Assembly: GCA_951406725.2 (NCBI GenBank)
Contig: OX597815.1
Location: forward strand, 140,740,001 to 140,804,000
Length of the DNA: 64,000 nt
Source: Octopus vulgaris
Lineage: Eukaryota
Direction: 5' to 3'
Shown here: positions 36,195 to 50,197 of the stretch, in pieces
Layout of the letters: each line of letters opens with the position of its first letter
How positions within the stretch are numbered: the first letter of the stretch is position 1
The notes under the pieces: generated by a model
Seen by the model: the letters and a program-made list of their open reading frames with translations, nothing else
Database searches by the model: none
Told to the model about the DNA's origin: nothing
Made by a program: the position numbers and the translations under genes

Positions 36195-36237
36195 ATATAT
36201 TTATTTATTTATATATATATATACACACCTATGTATC

Positions 36238-36483
36238 TTCTTTCAGTCATTTTATTATGCCCTTGCTGGAGCACCACCTTTAATCGAACAAATCAACCCA
36301 ATAACATATTCTTTCTAAGCCTAGTACTTATTCTATCGGTCTCTTTTATATATACGACAGGCGTCTTTCAGTTTCCCTTAACCAAATACACTCACAATGT
36401 TTTGGTTGGCCCGAGGCTATCGTAGAAGACAAGTGCCGAAGCTACCATGCAGTGGGACTGAACCCAGAAACTTGTGGTGTGGA
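36238..36483 (-). mobile_element. SINE family B, internally deleted
   Basis: Reverse complement of GGGTTCAGTCCCACTGC..TAGCCTCGGGCC..GAGACCGATAGAATAAGTACTAGG..GTGCTCCAGC. Confidence 0.75.
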
Positions 36484-36770
36484 TGCTATTCTTCAGCCAT
36501 TTTGAGCTTGATTGAAAGTAGTTCATTGTTATTACCGTAAAGTGGGGTGTGACTAGTCGAAGAAGGTCACGTGCTTTCGTGGTTTGATGTTGGTATATCT
36601 GAATATCAGCGACGACAGTTAGTTGTTGACTATACAGCATTTTCCAAGCAAAGTTTGTCACTGATAGACCGATATATTTATATATTTTCACGTATACACA
36701 CATATACAAACATATATGCGCATATATATGTTTGTGTGTGTGTATGTATACACTAAGCAATGTATGTATA

Positions 36771-37240
36771 TACTAAGCAAAGGAGCACTATTATACAAAG
36801 AAATAATTAAACGTAAAATATAAAAAAATATTAGAAATAGGAATCAAATGTGAAAATATATAGGCGCAGGAGTGGCTGTGTGGTAAGTAGCTTGCTTTCG
36901 AACCACATGGTTCCGGGTTCAGTCCCACTGCGTGGCACTTTGAGCAGGTTTCTTCTACTATAGCCTCGGGCCGACCAAATCTTTTGTGAGTTGATTTGGT
37001 AGACGGAAACTGAAAGAAGCCCGTCGTATATACGTGTGTTTTTGTGTGTCTGTGTTTGTCCTCCCAACATCGCTTGACAACCGATGCTGGTGTACTTAGG
37101 TCCCTGTAACTTAACGGTTCAGCAAAAGAGATCGATAGAATAAGTACTAGGCGGTACTCCAGCATGGCCGCAGTCAAATGACTGAAACAGGTAAAAGAGT
37201 AAAAGAGTAAAGAGTATATTATCAAGGAGCTAGCGGAATA
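36771..37240 (+). mobile_element. Helitron-like subterminal fragment interrupted by a SINE
   Basis: 36771-36858 plus 37217-37238 reconstitute 32858-32962 (TACTAAGCAA..GGAATCAAATGTGAAAATA|TTATCAAG..GCTAGCGGAA). Confidence 0.75.
36862..37215 (+). mobile_element. SINE family B, near full length
   Basis: GGCGCAGGAGTGGCTGTGTGGTAAG (A box), GGTTCAGTCCC (B-box-like), GAGTAAAA tail repeats. Confidence 0.88.
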
Positions 37241-37634
37241 ATAATTTTTCTATCGTCTTGGATCAACAGCCCTCGCTGTTTATTTTTACTATCTTGTTCT
37301 TAGTGTCCTGTTCTTGTTACTCCTCTCACCGTCCGCAAAAATCCCAAATTTTATTTAATTTGCTTTGCAGGAAGGACTGTTTCAACGAAGTCGCGTATTG
37401 TCATTACCTTCGCAACGCGGTGTAGATGAAACAGGGACAACTGATGAAGAAGAATATTCTTTATGTTGCATGTCTCGTTTCTCTGTTTCTTCGTTTTTCG
37501 GAAAAACTTCGTTTTCTGTTTTTGTTTTTATCTTTTCGTTTCTCCTTGTGTTCAAGGATTTTTTATGTCCTGTACCCATATATGCATGTATATATACATA
37601 TATATGTAGGTATGTACAAATATGTATGTATATA

Positions 37635-37678
<44 letters not shown>

Positions 37679-38074
37679 CTTATATGTGTATGTATGTGTG
37701 TGTGTGTGTGTGTAGCATCGAATTTGTTCCTCCTACTTTCATTCCAAATATCTACATTGCTCCTGATTAGCATCTAAATATAGACGTTTGATCGAAATGT
37801 AAAATTCATATTATTTAATTGCCTCTGTCTGAAAAAAATCCTAATGGGAAATTACATACATGTCTATCTAACATATAAATCTCTGTAATTCATATTAACG
37901 AATGAAACATATGTAATGGTGATTAAATAATGACAATTACAAATAAATAAAACCTTCCTGTTATGCTGCTTTAGATGTACTATGAATGTGTCACATACTG
38001 CGTTGCCCTGGAATTAATAATTTCAAGAAGTTTCAACTTTGATATGTTGATATGTATTTTGCACAACCATAATA

Positions 38075-39425
38075 CACTGAACCGCAAAAATAACGCAATT
38101 TTTTGAAATAACATTTTCAAATGTTAAATTCTGAAAGTTTATTTCGGAGATGTAAGTGTAAATACTCCAAAATACGCTGGTTTATGAATTGCAGCAAACC
38201 TTTCTACTTTCCACGAAACGAAATGCCAAAAATGCAGCTGCGTTGAATACCGCGGGTGGCAGTTGCAAACAATGGTCATGAAAACTGAAACGTGCATCTC
38301 GTAGAGGTTATGGGTATGAAATTCGACTTGAACCACGTTCCTGGCATTCGTAATTTGGACGCATCAGGTATCACCCGATTGTCAGCAGCGCAGAGAGAAA
38401 AAGCTATCGGCCGATTGCAAGCAGGGCAGCGTATCCTGGTTGTTGCCCATACCAGCTCCATCTATCGCTTGCAACAGCGATACAGTAACACCAACAGTAC
38501 TGTCGACTGTGTCCGGTGAGGGCGCCGCCGGTGTACACGCTCAGTCAGAACCTCTTCCTCTACTTACAACAACTCAGTCATCACTTCAGTGGACTACATA
38601 GCACCGACATTAGCGGCATCAACAATGGAAGTCCTTATTCTTCTCTGACGAAAGCTGGTACTGCGTTTCCACCTCGGATGGCAGAGTGAGGATGTGGTGT
38701 AGGAGGGGTGAACGCTACAGAGATGCATGTGCCATGGAGAAAGACGCGTAGGGTGGCCAAAGAATCATGGTTTGGGGTGTTATAGGCCTGAATCAGAGAA
38801 CTGGGTCTCATGTGCTCCAAACATTTGGTGCAAGTAGAGGGAATAGCATCACAGCGCAGCGCTACGTTGACCAGTTCCTAAGACCTCATATCGTGCCCTT
38901 CTTTGTGTTTCACAATAGCTACTTGTTCCAGCAGGACAATACTCCCTCCAATAAGGCCAGGGACTCCATGAACCTCTTTCGTCAGCACAACATCAGAACC
39001 ATGCCATCGTCTACTCTCGGCCCGAATTTGAACCCAATTGAACACCTATTAGATGAAACCGAGAGACGGCTGAACCAAGTGGTCCCAAGATCGACAAATC
39101 GTGTGGAACTGGCGGCTTTCCTCAGGATGTGGGCACAGGTGGCGATGACCTTTCTGAACTGTCTCATGCACTCCATGTACCGACGGTATACAGCCGTTTT
39201 GACCACCCAGGGAGGGCATACACGGTTTTGAACATGTCACGCTCTACAATCTCCATGTGCTGGATCCGCCCACTACAAGAACACATGACAACGCCCCATA
39301 GACTGTGGTCAAAGTGCATCCAAGAAATTGACTTTATCAGATTTATCAAAATTTATCTCTGACATAACGAAATTAAAACATATTTCACAATCACACAAGT
39401 CTCGCGTTTCTTTTGCAGTTCAGTG
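38075..39425 (+). mobile_element. Tc1-family (DD34E) DNA transposon, both TIRs present, transposase disrupted
   Basis: 22-bp TIRs CACTGAACYGCAAAA..AACGC with TA TSD. Peptides RLSAAQREKAIGRL (HTH), FSDESW, MVWG, and FQQDN-(34 aa)-E in NLNPIEH. Confidence 0.93.
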
Positions 39426-39844
39426 TACCAGCAGAAGCTCTATATTGGATTGTAATAATGGAATAAGCAGATGTACATCAAGAGGAAACCGCGGGAATGC
39501 TGCACTACCTACTTTAATAATATACAAATATATACATACGTACATATATACATACACACATACACACACACATATATATATATACACATATATAGTATAT
39601 GTAATATATATATGCTAAAATATATAGATGTATATTACATATATATTTTATATATACATATATATTATACCTATATATATTTATCTGTCTATCTGTATGC
39701 ATGTAAGTGTATGTATGTATGGGTATGTGTAAAGGGTCAAGTGTTCCTCAATATATATAGGCTCATAATGCCTGTTTCTCGAAATCTGTTGTGTATATCG
39801 TTCCTTCATACTCGTCGGTCCATCGGTCCTTCGGAGGACTACTA

Positions 39845-39981
39845 GCTTTTTGGCAGCTGAGTGAACTGAGAAATTTGAAATGAAGAGGTTTGATCAATTA
39901 TACGCCCCCACCCCACCAGGAATTGAAACCATAACCTTACGGAGATGGATATTACACCCTAATCTCTAAACCACATGTCTT
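39845..39981 (-). mobile_element. SINE family D, diverged
   Basis: Reverse complement GTGGTTTAG..TTAGGGTG..GGTTTCAATTCCTGG..CTTCATTTCA..CACTCAGCTG resembles 8279-8420. Confidence 0.5.
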
Positions 39982-40799
39982 TGCACACACACATACACAT
40001 ATACACACACATACTCACACACACGCACACATACACAGAAATATATGTATATACCTGTGCGTGCGCGCGTGTGTGCGTGCGCGCGTGTACGCCTGCGAGC
40101 GTGTCTGCGTGTGTGTATATTGTGTATATGAGTAAATAAAAGTGAACGATGGATGATATTTGTAGTGACAATATAATTAGCGTATAGGAAAATTTTATAT
40201 ATAAAGAACATATAGACGAATGGGATATCATATTGAGCATAGATAATTTTCAGAGGATTAATATCACTTCTGAGCGTTATAGTAATATGTCTCAGAAGCC
40301 AGACGTTATTTTGCTGACAACGTCTGGCTATATTTAGTCATTTTTCTCAGTAAGCAGTCATTGGCCTCTTGGTAAGCAATTGACAATCTCTAGCTATATT
40401 TAGAGAATTTATTTATCCTTAGATTGGGTTACATAAATATCATGAGCATATTCAGTGTTACGGATTGTTTCTTCGGATTTTTATACAATATTTCGTTGTT
40501 ATTTTGTACCCCTATCATGGAACTGAAATGCTGAATATTTCAAATACATACTAAGGTTATTTTCAAATGCATGTATGAAATTTGGGTTCGAAGTGATATT
40601 ACATTTCAATTGATTTCAAACATTGGTTTAGCAAGGTTTGAATAGTTGTCGAGAATAGTTGACTTTTACCAGTTTCTCTATATTTTACAATAGGACGAAG
40701 GACAATGTGTTCGAAGAAAGAACCCTTGCTTTATGCAATATATCAACGGAAAAATTTCGAATAGGTCTCACTTTGCTCCTATCACTTAATTTCCGTATA

Positions 40800-41200
40800 T
40801 AATGAAATCGAGTTTTCAAATTCTAAACCTCAGCTCATACTGATTATTTATAACAATGTGGTATTGTCGACTGTATCGAGATGAAGCTTTCTGCATGTCT
40901 TCCTGATCTTATACAATTAGCATTTCAGAATATGGCTGTATCACTGAATATGTGAAGCAGGTTTCCACATCCCTGGATTAGAACGTCTAAGGTACCCTTA
41001 AAATGTTCCAAAGTTGCATAGAATTATTTACGAAAGCTTGTTGTATGTACAAAATCAAATACGACTTGCTAGTTATATAGCTGCATTCCACTGCAATCAT
41101 TATCAATTGATATTATTTGTTTCGGTTGTATTGTAAATCGCTCAGCATCGAAAAGATTCTTCAGAAATTTTGGAGAGAAGGAATTCCATTTGCCATTCAA
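40800..41200 (+). mobile_element. Possible very old CR1/L2-type LINE 3' relic
   Basis: Weak ordered motifs EY..QV.HP, LHS....DII and FFRN......LP. Confidence 0.3.
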
Positions 41201-42004
41201 CAGACAATATACCTTATATTATCTAAGCGGTGAGTAGTAGTTTCTCATTAAATTTTCCCTAGATATTCAGTTTCTTGTGTCCTTGGCTTAAGTTTACATG
41301 CATAGCCATATGCACTTAATTTACTCCTAAGTAGCTTCTCTTCCTAAGAGTCTGCCGATAACTTTATTGTAGACTCGAAACCCTATGGCGGCTAAATTAG
41401 TGAAATTGTTAGTATTCAAACATTTACTCGTAGCACGATCCTAAGACGGCTAAACTAGTGAAATCATTAGTATTCAAACATTACCACATATTCTACTGAG
41501 CTAATAAGTATTACTGAAAGTTATAATTCCTACTACAGAAAAATATTTGGAGTTATCTGCCTCACTGTACTCTTCAAATAGTGTAAGCTGAACACTATAT
41601 TTACAGTTTAATGTGATATTTCCACTTTCTGTACTTTGGTATGATCAGTGCCTCTTTATCATTTAGCAATAAAATAATCATGCTTCCAGAACTTCCACAT
41701 TTTCATCTTAACTGACAGAGCATCAGTCTAATGAATATAAACGTTCGGGGTTATATTCTTGTTTGACCCTCACAAAAAAACATTTTAGCTAACCACATAT
41801 ATTTTAGTTAACAGCCGTATTTACCATAGTTTGACTCCTTTTCATGTGGAACGAATTAGAAATAATAGTTGCCTTTTCCCAACGTAAATATGGGGCCACT
41901 ACCATTAATAATTATACATTAATTCATTTATACTTTCATATATACATGCATTTATTCATGTTTACGTATATATATGCGTATGTAAGTAAGTATGCATGTG
42001 TAGA

Positions 42005-42052
<48 letters not shown>

Positions 42053-42940
42053 TATGTATGTATGTATGTATAGGTATAATATTCATATAATATATACAGT
42101 TATAAAAGATACACACATATATATATAATGTGCACGCGTGTGTGTACAAAGTATCTGTATGCGTGTTTCTACGGGTATGTGTAAGGTGCTGTTTATGTAT
42201 ATCTGGTGGTTACATATAAAAGAATATTATGACCTGGAGCTGATGTTGGTATATTGCCACATATCACCGCACGAAAAGTGATTGGCGCCATGAAAAAAAT
42301 GTCAAATTGCTATCGTATGATCAATGAGAACACGTTAATGATTTACAGATTAAAAATGTAAGAAAATGTATAGAAAAATAAATATGAAAGAAATTTGGGG
42401 TTTCGTAATATATCTCCTTAGAGTTAGAAGAAAATGCAGCAAGGAAAGTAAAAAGGGAGCATATGTGCATTATTGGAGTCTATAAATTATTATGAATCTC
42501 TTATCTATTTCGATTTATGATTTCTATAAATATTAACTAGACTTCAATTCAGGAGCTGTAATTTCGCGAATATGAAAATATGTACGCTCAGAAATCGATA
42601 TCTTACTTAGAATGGGAGAAATATTACCTTGTGTGTATGTATTACGTGCTTATATAATCAGATATCAAATGTGAAATATTTAAATATGCATCATCTTATG
42701 CATGTAAGAAGAAATTATCATGCTTTTTTATTAACAGATTAAAAAACAAGGCAAATTAGAAAATATTCATTATTCGCGTTGACGTCCATGTGCACTGAAG
42801 AGACATCATTGTGCACTGAAGGACGTTTTGAAAATATATTTAAATTCGCACTGAATAGCTACATATAAGTGTGGAAATTAGCTTGCTTTGTCTATGAGTT
42901 AATCACGAAGAAAACTTATATAAGTGCTCGCTATTTTATA

Positions 42941-43155
42941 TTGGTTTCAAATGTTGGCATAATGTCAGCAACTTCAGAGGAGGGACTATGTCGATTAGGT
43001 CGATTCCAGCGATCAACCGATACTAATTTTATCGACTCGAAAAGGTGAACGGCGTAGTTGTACCTTGCGACATTGGGACTCACAACGCAAACACGGACGA
43101 AATGCCTCAAATCATCTTGCCCGGCGCGCTAACGATTTTGGCAGCTCGCCGCCTT
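42941..43155 (-). mobile_element. SINE family A with 16-bp TSD (2 mismatches)
   Basis: Reverse complement head AAGGCGGCGAGCTGCCAAAATCGTTAGC. TGCTCGCTATTTTATA (42925-42940) versus TGTTCGCTATATTATA (43156-43171). Confidence 0.8.
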
Positions 43156-46100
43156 TGTTCGCTATATTATAGAAACCCAGTCTAAGACCACGTGTCTGAG
43201 ACGTATGTGTTTATATGAATAATAACTCGTATTCCGTAGTATTCCGTAGCTTTTAATGTAGCAGTATTAGAGAGGCAACCGCAACGCACAGTCAAGTGTA
43301 TAGTTGAAACGAGCTATAACTTGAGTTTCGAGGTTAAAATTTATCTGTAGGTCAAATATTGTGATATATTATCATAGCTCTGACACCCTTAATAATCTAC
43401 TACAGTTCACTAGAAGTGAACATTTCAATTCCACCAGCACTCAATAGAGAGTTGTCAGTGGCTGCAATAGTTTGCCAGTAATACCACTAACTGGTTCCAT
43501 GTTTTGGTTTATTTCTCGTAAACAAACCATCTTAAAAAAAACAAACACTTTCAAAATATTATTGTAATACGTCTATCACAGTTTTACGGTAAGCAAAAAT
43601 GCATTAAAATCTAAATGGAAATAAGTTTCTTTTTTATGATTTGTTTAGGAGAGGGAGTTAAATGTGTTCAGAACATAAAAATAAAAGTTTAAAAGACGTT
43701 ACTTCTCCTCGATTAAATTAATAAAAAAAAATTATTAATCAAGTCATGTGAAAGCAAATTTTCAGCTTGATTTTAAATTATCAAAATAAACATTTAACCC
43801 CTTACTATGTGAAATTACTCTCCCTACTAAATGCTTCCCAAACATTAAAAAACTTGGCTAAATCAACGTCCTAAGCCACCAACATCTGGCTGTCATCTAC
43901 TTGAGAAATATCTTCAGGCAAAATGCTAACATGATACATCCTTTCCCCCACTTTCTCTTTTTTTATTATTAGTTGTATAGTTCAGTAATTAAGCTGGCAT
44001 CTGATTTCTAGAAGATATTGTCTTCCTTTTGCTGTTTACTTTTAAATTTGGGAAAATGCTTATCGTTTAGGACGAATATTTTTTTTTCAGTCGAAATGGT
44101 TTTTGTGTCAGACAACAACTTAAAATTGTTGTTAGTTGACTATTGTGTAATAAATATTTTAAAATATCAGGAGGAAAAAAATAGGAATAAATCCAAACTG
44201 TTATATTTGCAATGTTATGCAAATTTGTGAACAGTCGTTTAAATATACACAATCTTTGAAAAAATTCACTATATAAATATGAGATGCCTTGTTCTACTGG
44301 AATTGTCTTTTATTAAAAAATATAATAAGATACACTGGTACGTTTCTGCTCTTCGTGATTGGGACTTCATAGAACGTCTGATTCTTAAGGAAAATCCACA
44401 ATCTTGTCTTTTTACCATAGACTACAATTCTGAGCTTCCAAAATCGGCTGTTGTACTATGGAAAATTCTGTAAAAATCAAGAAAACTATTAGGAAACTGA
44501 ATGACGAAACTTTATACACTCAACTTGCTTTCTTCAATGTTTTTGGTCTGCATTCTGGTCTCTTGGTACGTATGTCTTTACTAACTTTAATGAAAAATCC
44601 TGTCCATTCATTCCCTATCATTCTCATTTCTAAATATTATCTGATTTATTCTCACAACTTTTCTGTTTTAAGCTTTATCCTCGACGTAATTTTTTAAAAA
44701 CTCTATAACTGTCAACATTATCATTATTTTGTTGTCCCAAGAACAATAAATCTTCTACGAAAATGTCTAAGAGTTCTTTATGTCAAACCATCATCTAATA
44801 TAAATACACATATTTACAGTCTCCATACTTCCGAATGACCCGTGATTATAAATCACATTCTTAGCTATGAATATTAATCCTTTCCGATATACTGGAGATC
44901 GAATAAAGAATGCAAAGTCCCGAGTTTTCTGAGATTAAGCAAATGAATGCACTTTATTTCTACACACGTAGTTTAGATCTATCTTGTGAAAATAAATCCT
45001 TGAGTAAATATTAATCTACATAAAGTGTTCGTGTGACAGTTCTTATTTCACATTAGGATGACCAGGATTAAAGAAAACTATACATTAATTTTATTAGATC
45101 AAATAAACTTTATTTGCATTTTTCGCGAATGCCACTCAGGTGATAATTATTTATAGTATAATTACTGGTACCCTTAATACGGTAATATAGTTTACGTATA
45201 GTATAACGTTCTAATTAACAAATGACCTTTCAGTTACACAATTTTAAACATACAATCATCATAACGTGTGCTCTTAATGTTTAAAACTCTATTGCATATT
45301 CGAGAGAAAACCTCCTTCTAAATCTACATAAGTAGACTACAAGCATAACCACAATATACACATAGTCGACTCTCCATTCTCGTAAACCTTCAGTATCATC
45401 ATACATTCAACGCTCCACTTCCCTCTACATCACTACATCTCAAGTATCTCCTCAGAATACGTACAATCACTAAGTAAGTTCACTTCATAAATGGCTCGTA
45501 TCACCACAACTTAGTAGCCGTTCTATATCAGTAGCCATCCCTCCCAATATCATTAAAATGTACACATAATCACAATGTCTCTCTACTACACTAAAACAAT
45601 GGACATCCATGCAACACAGTCACCACATCAGTTCACATAACTATGGCCTCCATTGTCACTCCAATATACGCAACATGATATATGTTAAATATATAGTTAA
45701 ATTATATGCCTCTCCAATATCGCCGGAATATAGTCATTTAACCAGGCGACTTCACTAGAACTCTGCAATGTGTTCGCCACGTTTGTTGAGACAGCTTTTG
45801 TAGCAATTGAGGAAGACTTGCAAGACAACAGAACTAAATGATCACTCAAATTGATAAAGCGCAAAGTCAACCACTCTCGAATCATACCATACAGTGTGAT
45901 GAAAGATAGATAAACAGTGTAAGGAAGTCCTTGATGCGACATATGTTTGAGAGACAAAGGACAAATGAGATGGTTAAAGCTGGTAGTCATCATTCAGACA
46001 GCCTTCTAGCTATTTCTATATATTAAGCCTTAGATGTTATATCTATCATCAGCGAACACTTCCAAACTCTCTATACACACGAAACCGGTCTCTGGCCCTA

Positions 46101-46559
46101 CAGTAAACGAGCCGATTGCTGACACATTCAAAATGCTAACGTTTGTAGAAAATTTGATGGCAATCAAATTGATGATATCACCTGTTATTGTATGTTAATT
46201 AGAACTTTTCCATTGATATTTAGAATGACATCGTTAGTGTTATCTAATTTTGAGACAAAAATTAGGTATATGTACTCAACACTTATCTAGAATAATAAAC
46301 ATGTCAGGATTTGGTTACAGTTTCCAAGACGTAGAAATTGACAGTTTATTTTTGCAGGGTGGATACCAAAGTGGGTATTCTTGAATCGGTCGTATTTTAC
46401 TAGAAAAATACAAATACACAAACCAAAACAAAACCAATTTGCGCAGTTTAACCTTCTTTACGTAATTCTCCCCGGAACTGTTGAAAGAAGAAAACCGTAA
46501 TAGTTTACACTTCTGTATTTATTTGTAAGAGATCTCCTTCCAGATTTGAGTATCGGTTT

Positions 46560-46990
46560 TAATGCCATTGCTTCCAATATTGGTGAAGGTCTCAGCTTGA
46601 ATAATTTGGCACTGAATTTCTAAGTATTCCCAGCTGTCTCTTGCGGACGAATATGTCTTGGTTTAATGCGTCATGCTTCTTCTAATTGGTTTAAGTGCTT
46701 TTATAGTCATATGCAGATATAAACCCCTTTCAGTCACCTCAAATTTGACACAGGCAGAAACGAATGTGCTATAGTTGATGCGGAAAAGAGAGCGAACGAC
46801 CGGGCAGTTTCATTAAATGTGTCAGCACTGCACCAGATGCTGATTTCAAGACAATTCTCTATTCCTACACCATACAATGTACATCCTTCGACAGTTATGT
46901 ATCTTTTTCTGCTTCCAGTTCGATAATCTTATTGAATCCATGTTTCCTGGATGAAGTCTAATACAATCAAAACAATATTCGGAGATTTAT
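46560..46990 (-). mobile_element. LINE AP-endonuclease relic
   Basis: Minus strand DFIQETWI, GVGI and G..FSAKL (GDFNA-like) in APE order. Confidence 0.45.
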
Positions 46991-47415
46991 ACAACGTGGC
47001 GAGAAAACGAAAAACAATATTTGTTATTATGTACGAAATTTCTGGGTTCTCAAGTTAAAACCATATACATATATACATACATACATACATACATATATTC
47101 ATGCATGCATGTATACATACATACATGCATACATATATGCATATATACATACACATATATAAGCATTATTCAATGCGTCACATTTTCAGTTTGTCAGTCA
47201 ATAAGGTACTACTTGAACGAGTTTAATTTGTAAAACATGATTTCACTCTTCCTGGTTTATAAAAAACAGGACCTATTTGAAAGGCAAATAAATTCATGGA
47301 AGTTAACCGCTATCCGATAATATATGCAAATATGTAAGTCCATAAATTAGTGTTTCATTGCTTGCTTGTTTGAAATTCATTTGAATGAAGCATAGCAGAA
47401 AGAAGTAACTTTATT

Positions 47416-47770
47416 AGGCACATGCGTGGGTGGGTAGGTGGTAAGAAGCTTGCTTCCCAATCATGGAATTCCAGACTCAGTTCCACTACGTGGCACTTAG
47501 GACAGGTGTCTTTTACTCAGCTGACCAAAGCCGTTTGAGTAGATTTGTTAGACGGAAACCGAAAGCCCGTGACATATATCTATATATCTATGTCTCTGTG
47601 TGTTTGTGTCAGTGTTTTTCCTTCCAACACCTCTTAAAAATCGGTATTAGTGTGTTTACGTCACTGTAAATTAGGCTTTAAAAAACAGTCTTGGGGTCGA
47701 TTTGTTGGACTAAAATTATTCAAGGCTGCACTTCTGCATGGCCGCAGTCAAATGTCTGAAACAAATGAAG
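47416..47770 (+). mobile_element. SINE family B, diverged
   Basis: GTGGTAAGAAGCTTGCTTCCCAA..GACGGAAAC..GGGGTCGATTTG..CATGGCCGCAGTCAAATG. Confidence 0.78.
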
Positions 47771-49758
47771 GAGGAAATCCTGAATTTTGCGCACAGCTCA
47801 GTGGGAAATATGTCGTATAATATTTCATATCCTGAGACACATTAGAGATCAGAGCGACCTGCGATGTGTAAATGTCCATTGAGACATTTATGCAAACATC
47901 TGCGTCTTGAAACAATGTGTAGGAACGGAAGAACACGTCTGATTTGGATACGACTCTTTTTCTTTCTCTTTGATAAACACACACACGCCCTTTTCCTCTC
48001 AAACACACATTCTCTCTCCCTTTCTCACTCACGTCTAACCTCCCACTCTGTCTTTTACACATACACCCTCAGTAGGGTCGAAACAGAAACACTTTTAAGG
48101 AAACTTAATTCCACGGTATGCACAGTTATTTGAAATAAAATATATGAAAACTAGGGTTGTCCTCGCATACACCCCCAATTAAATATCCTAATTTTCTATA
48201 TTAATCATATAATCTCTAACAAATATATACTAAATTGCTTATGAATATGACACATTTGATCATATTTCACTGTAGAAGCCTTACGTAAAACATCTGATGA
48301 GTAAAGATTGCAAAAACATCGAGATATAAGACAGTTGGTAGGTACTACTTCCACATGGCAAAATTACATTTCAATATGTGTTAAATTAATTTCTCTTAGA
48401 AAATGTATACGTTTGTTAAACGATTTTCTTTTGTTTTTCATATTTCAGAGCTGAATTGTATTATAATTTTACAAAAATAACTACATAAATTTAAACACTA
48501 AAAATTTAATGACAAGCAAATAAAAATAAAGTTGACTGTCATAGCCAATACCTCTTCTTTGTCATAGCCAAAGAGACGATTATGCTATCAACTTAGTGAT
48601 AAAAGCCTGTGAATCAGAATATGCTTCGAAAATAGGCACAAATTCACATTAAAAGTACAGAAATCAAGACAAAGTTGACCTCACTTTGACTTGAAAACGA
48701 CAATGGTCATTTAATTAAATAGTAAATACTATTAATGCGTATTTCATGGTGTTCATTGTTCATGTATTTCGTTTGAGGTTCGTGCATATATATACATATT
48801 TTTTTTTTTGCATATCATAATGGCCATTAAGAATTTACATTCTTTTACGTTGAAGTGCCTGACTGAATATAGGCATATTTGTGAAAAATATATTAATACA
48901 AAATATATAAATAAATAAACATTCTAATAACTGTTCTTAACTGTTCTTTTCAGGTGGGTGGGGCTGCATATAATTCATAAAATGTTATACAGGTAATATC
49001 TAACCAATATAAAGTTAATACAATTAAAACAAATTTACAGTTCCTTATATTTTCCATATTCAAAACACAGAATTAGGAGCGTGGCTGTGCGAGGTCGCAT
49101 ACTTTTTATTAATTTGTTTTTACTAAGTTGTAAATTTATTTCTCACACCAAAATGAACCTCAAGCAATATGTGGAATCAGAACATAAAACTTCGACCCCA
49201 CCTTATAAAATACATATATTCCACTACTTGACATCTTGATTATGAGTTTTAAAAGGAGAAAAACTACAACCGTTCGATCGCTTTTGTGTATTAAGAAATG
49301 CGTAAACGAATGCAAACCTCTGTCTGATATAACTAATCCACTCTCAAATTACAGAGCAATGTAACTTGAGGGAGATCTAACAAGCTAATTCTACAAGGTC
49401 GACTGACTACCAACAGTCTTCCTTCATGCGTTTGTGCCGAGAGATATTGATTGCAGACCGCATAAACATTACTTCTCTTATTCCATGAATAGTTAGCATA
49501 AGAATAACCTATTCACTCCATCTACAAAAGAAACTGGGATGTGCATTAAAAATAGTTAGCGATGATAAATAACGAAAACATCAACAACAAAAACTAGAAC
49601 GAGGGATGAAGGCCTCCTGTCAAATAAAGTTGGCTCACCTCCAATACTTATTGAATAATAATAGCCACATTCCTAGTGTGTACACAATGCTTATATATAT
49701 ATATATATATATATATAGTTCGGATAGTAGTCGAACCAGGACAGGAAGGTCAGGCTTG

Positions 49759-49822
<64 letters not shown>

Positions 49823-50197
49823 GTGTGTGTGTGATTATAAGCTGAACAGAAAGAAAATTTTTTAATACATTTTCATTGATTCGTTACAATTATTTCTGTA
49901 CCAACTGTAATTGCAAAGTAATTTTGCGCTAAAATGTTTACGTAATGTTTTGCGGTTTTAGATATTAGAGACGCGCTTCATCAGACTTGCGTCAGAGGTA
50001 TCCTGTCAGATTGTGTGTCTTCCAGACCTTGTTATTTGTCTACTATCGGGAGGGAACAAAAAGTAAGTGTGTTTGAGATGAGTAAGTAGGTTAGGGATTA
50101 TGCAGAGGCTGGGGAATCAAGAGCAAGGATACAAAGAGGTAGAAGAAGAGGAAGGAGAATGAGGAGGAGGAAGTGGAAGAGAAGGCGGGTATATATA

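Noticed and set aside
38767-39231. Intact transposase CDS
   Set aside because: Only the C-terminal part is open; upstream domains are separated by stops and frameshifts.
41382-41482. Mini CRISPR (repeat-spacer-repeat)
   Set aside because: Only two diverged units with a 15-nt spacer.
44400-46000. PLE (AVVLW..KLNDETLY) and RTE 3'-end relics; similar hints at 55620-58260
   Set aside because: Single weak motifs; probably old retroelement debris but not supportable by eye.
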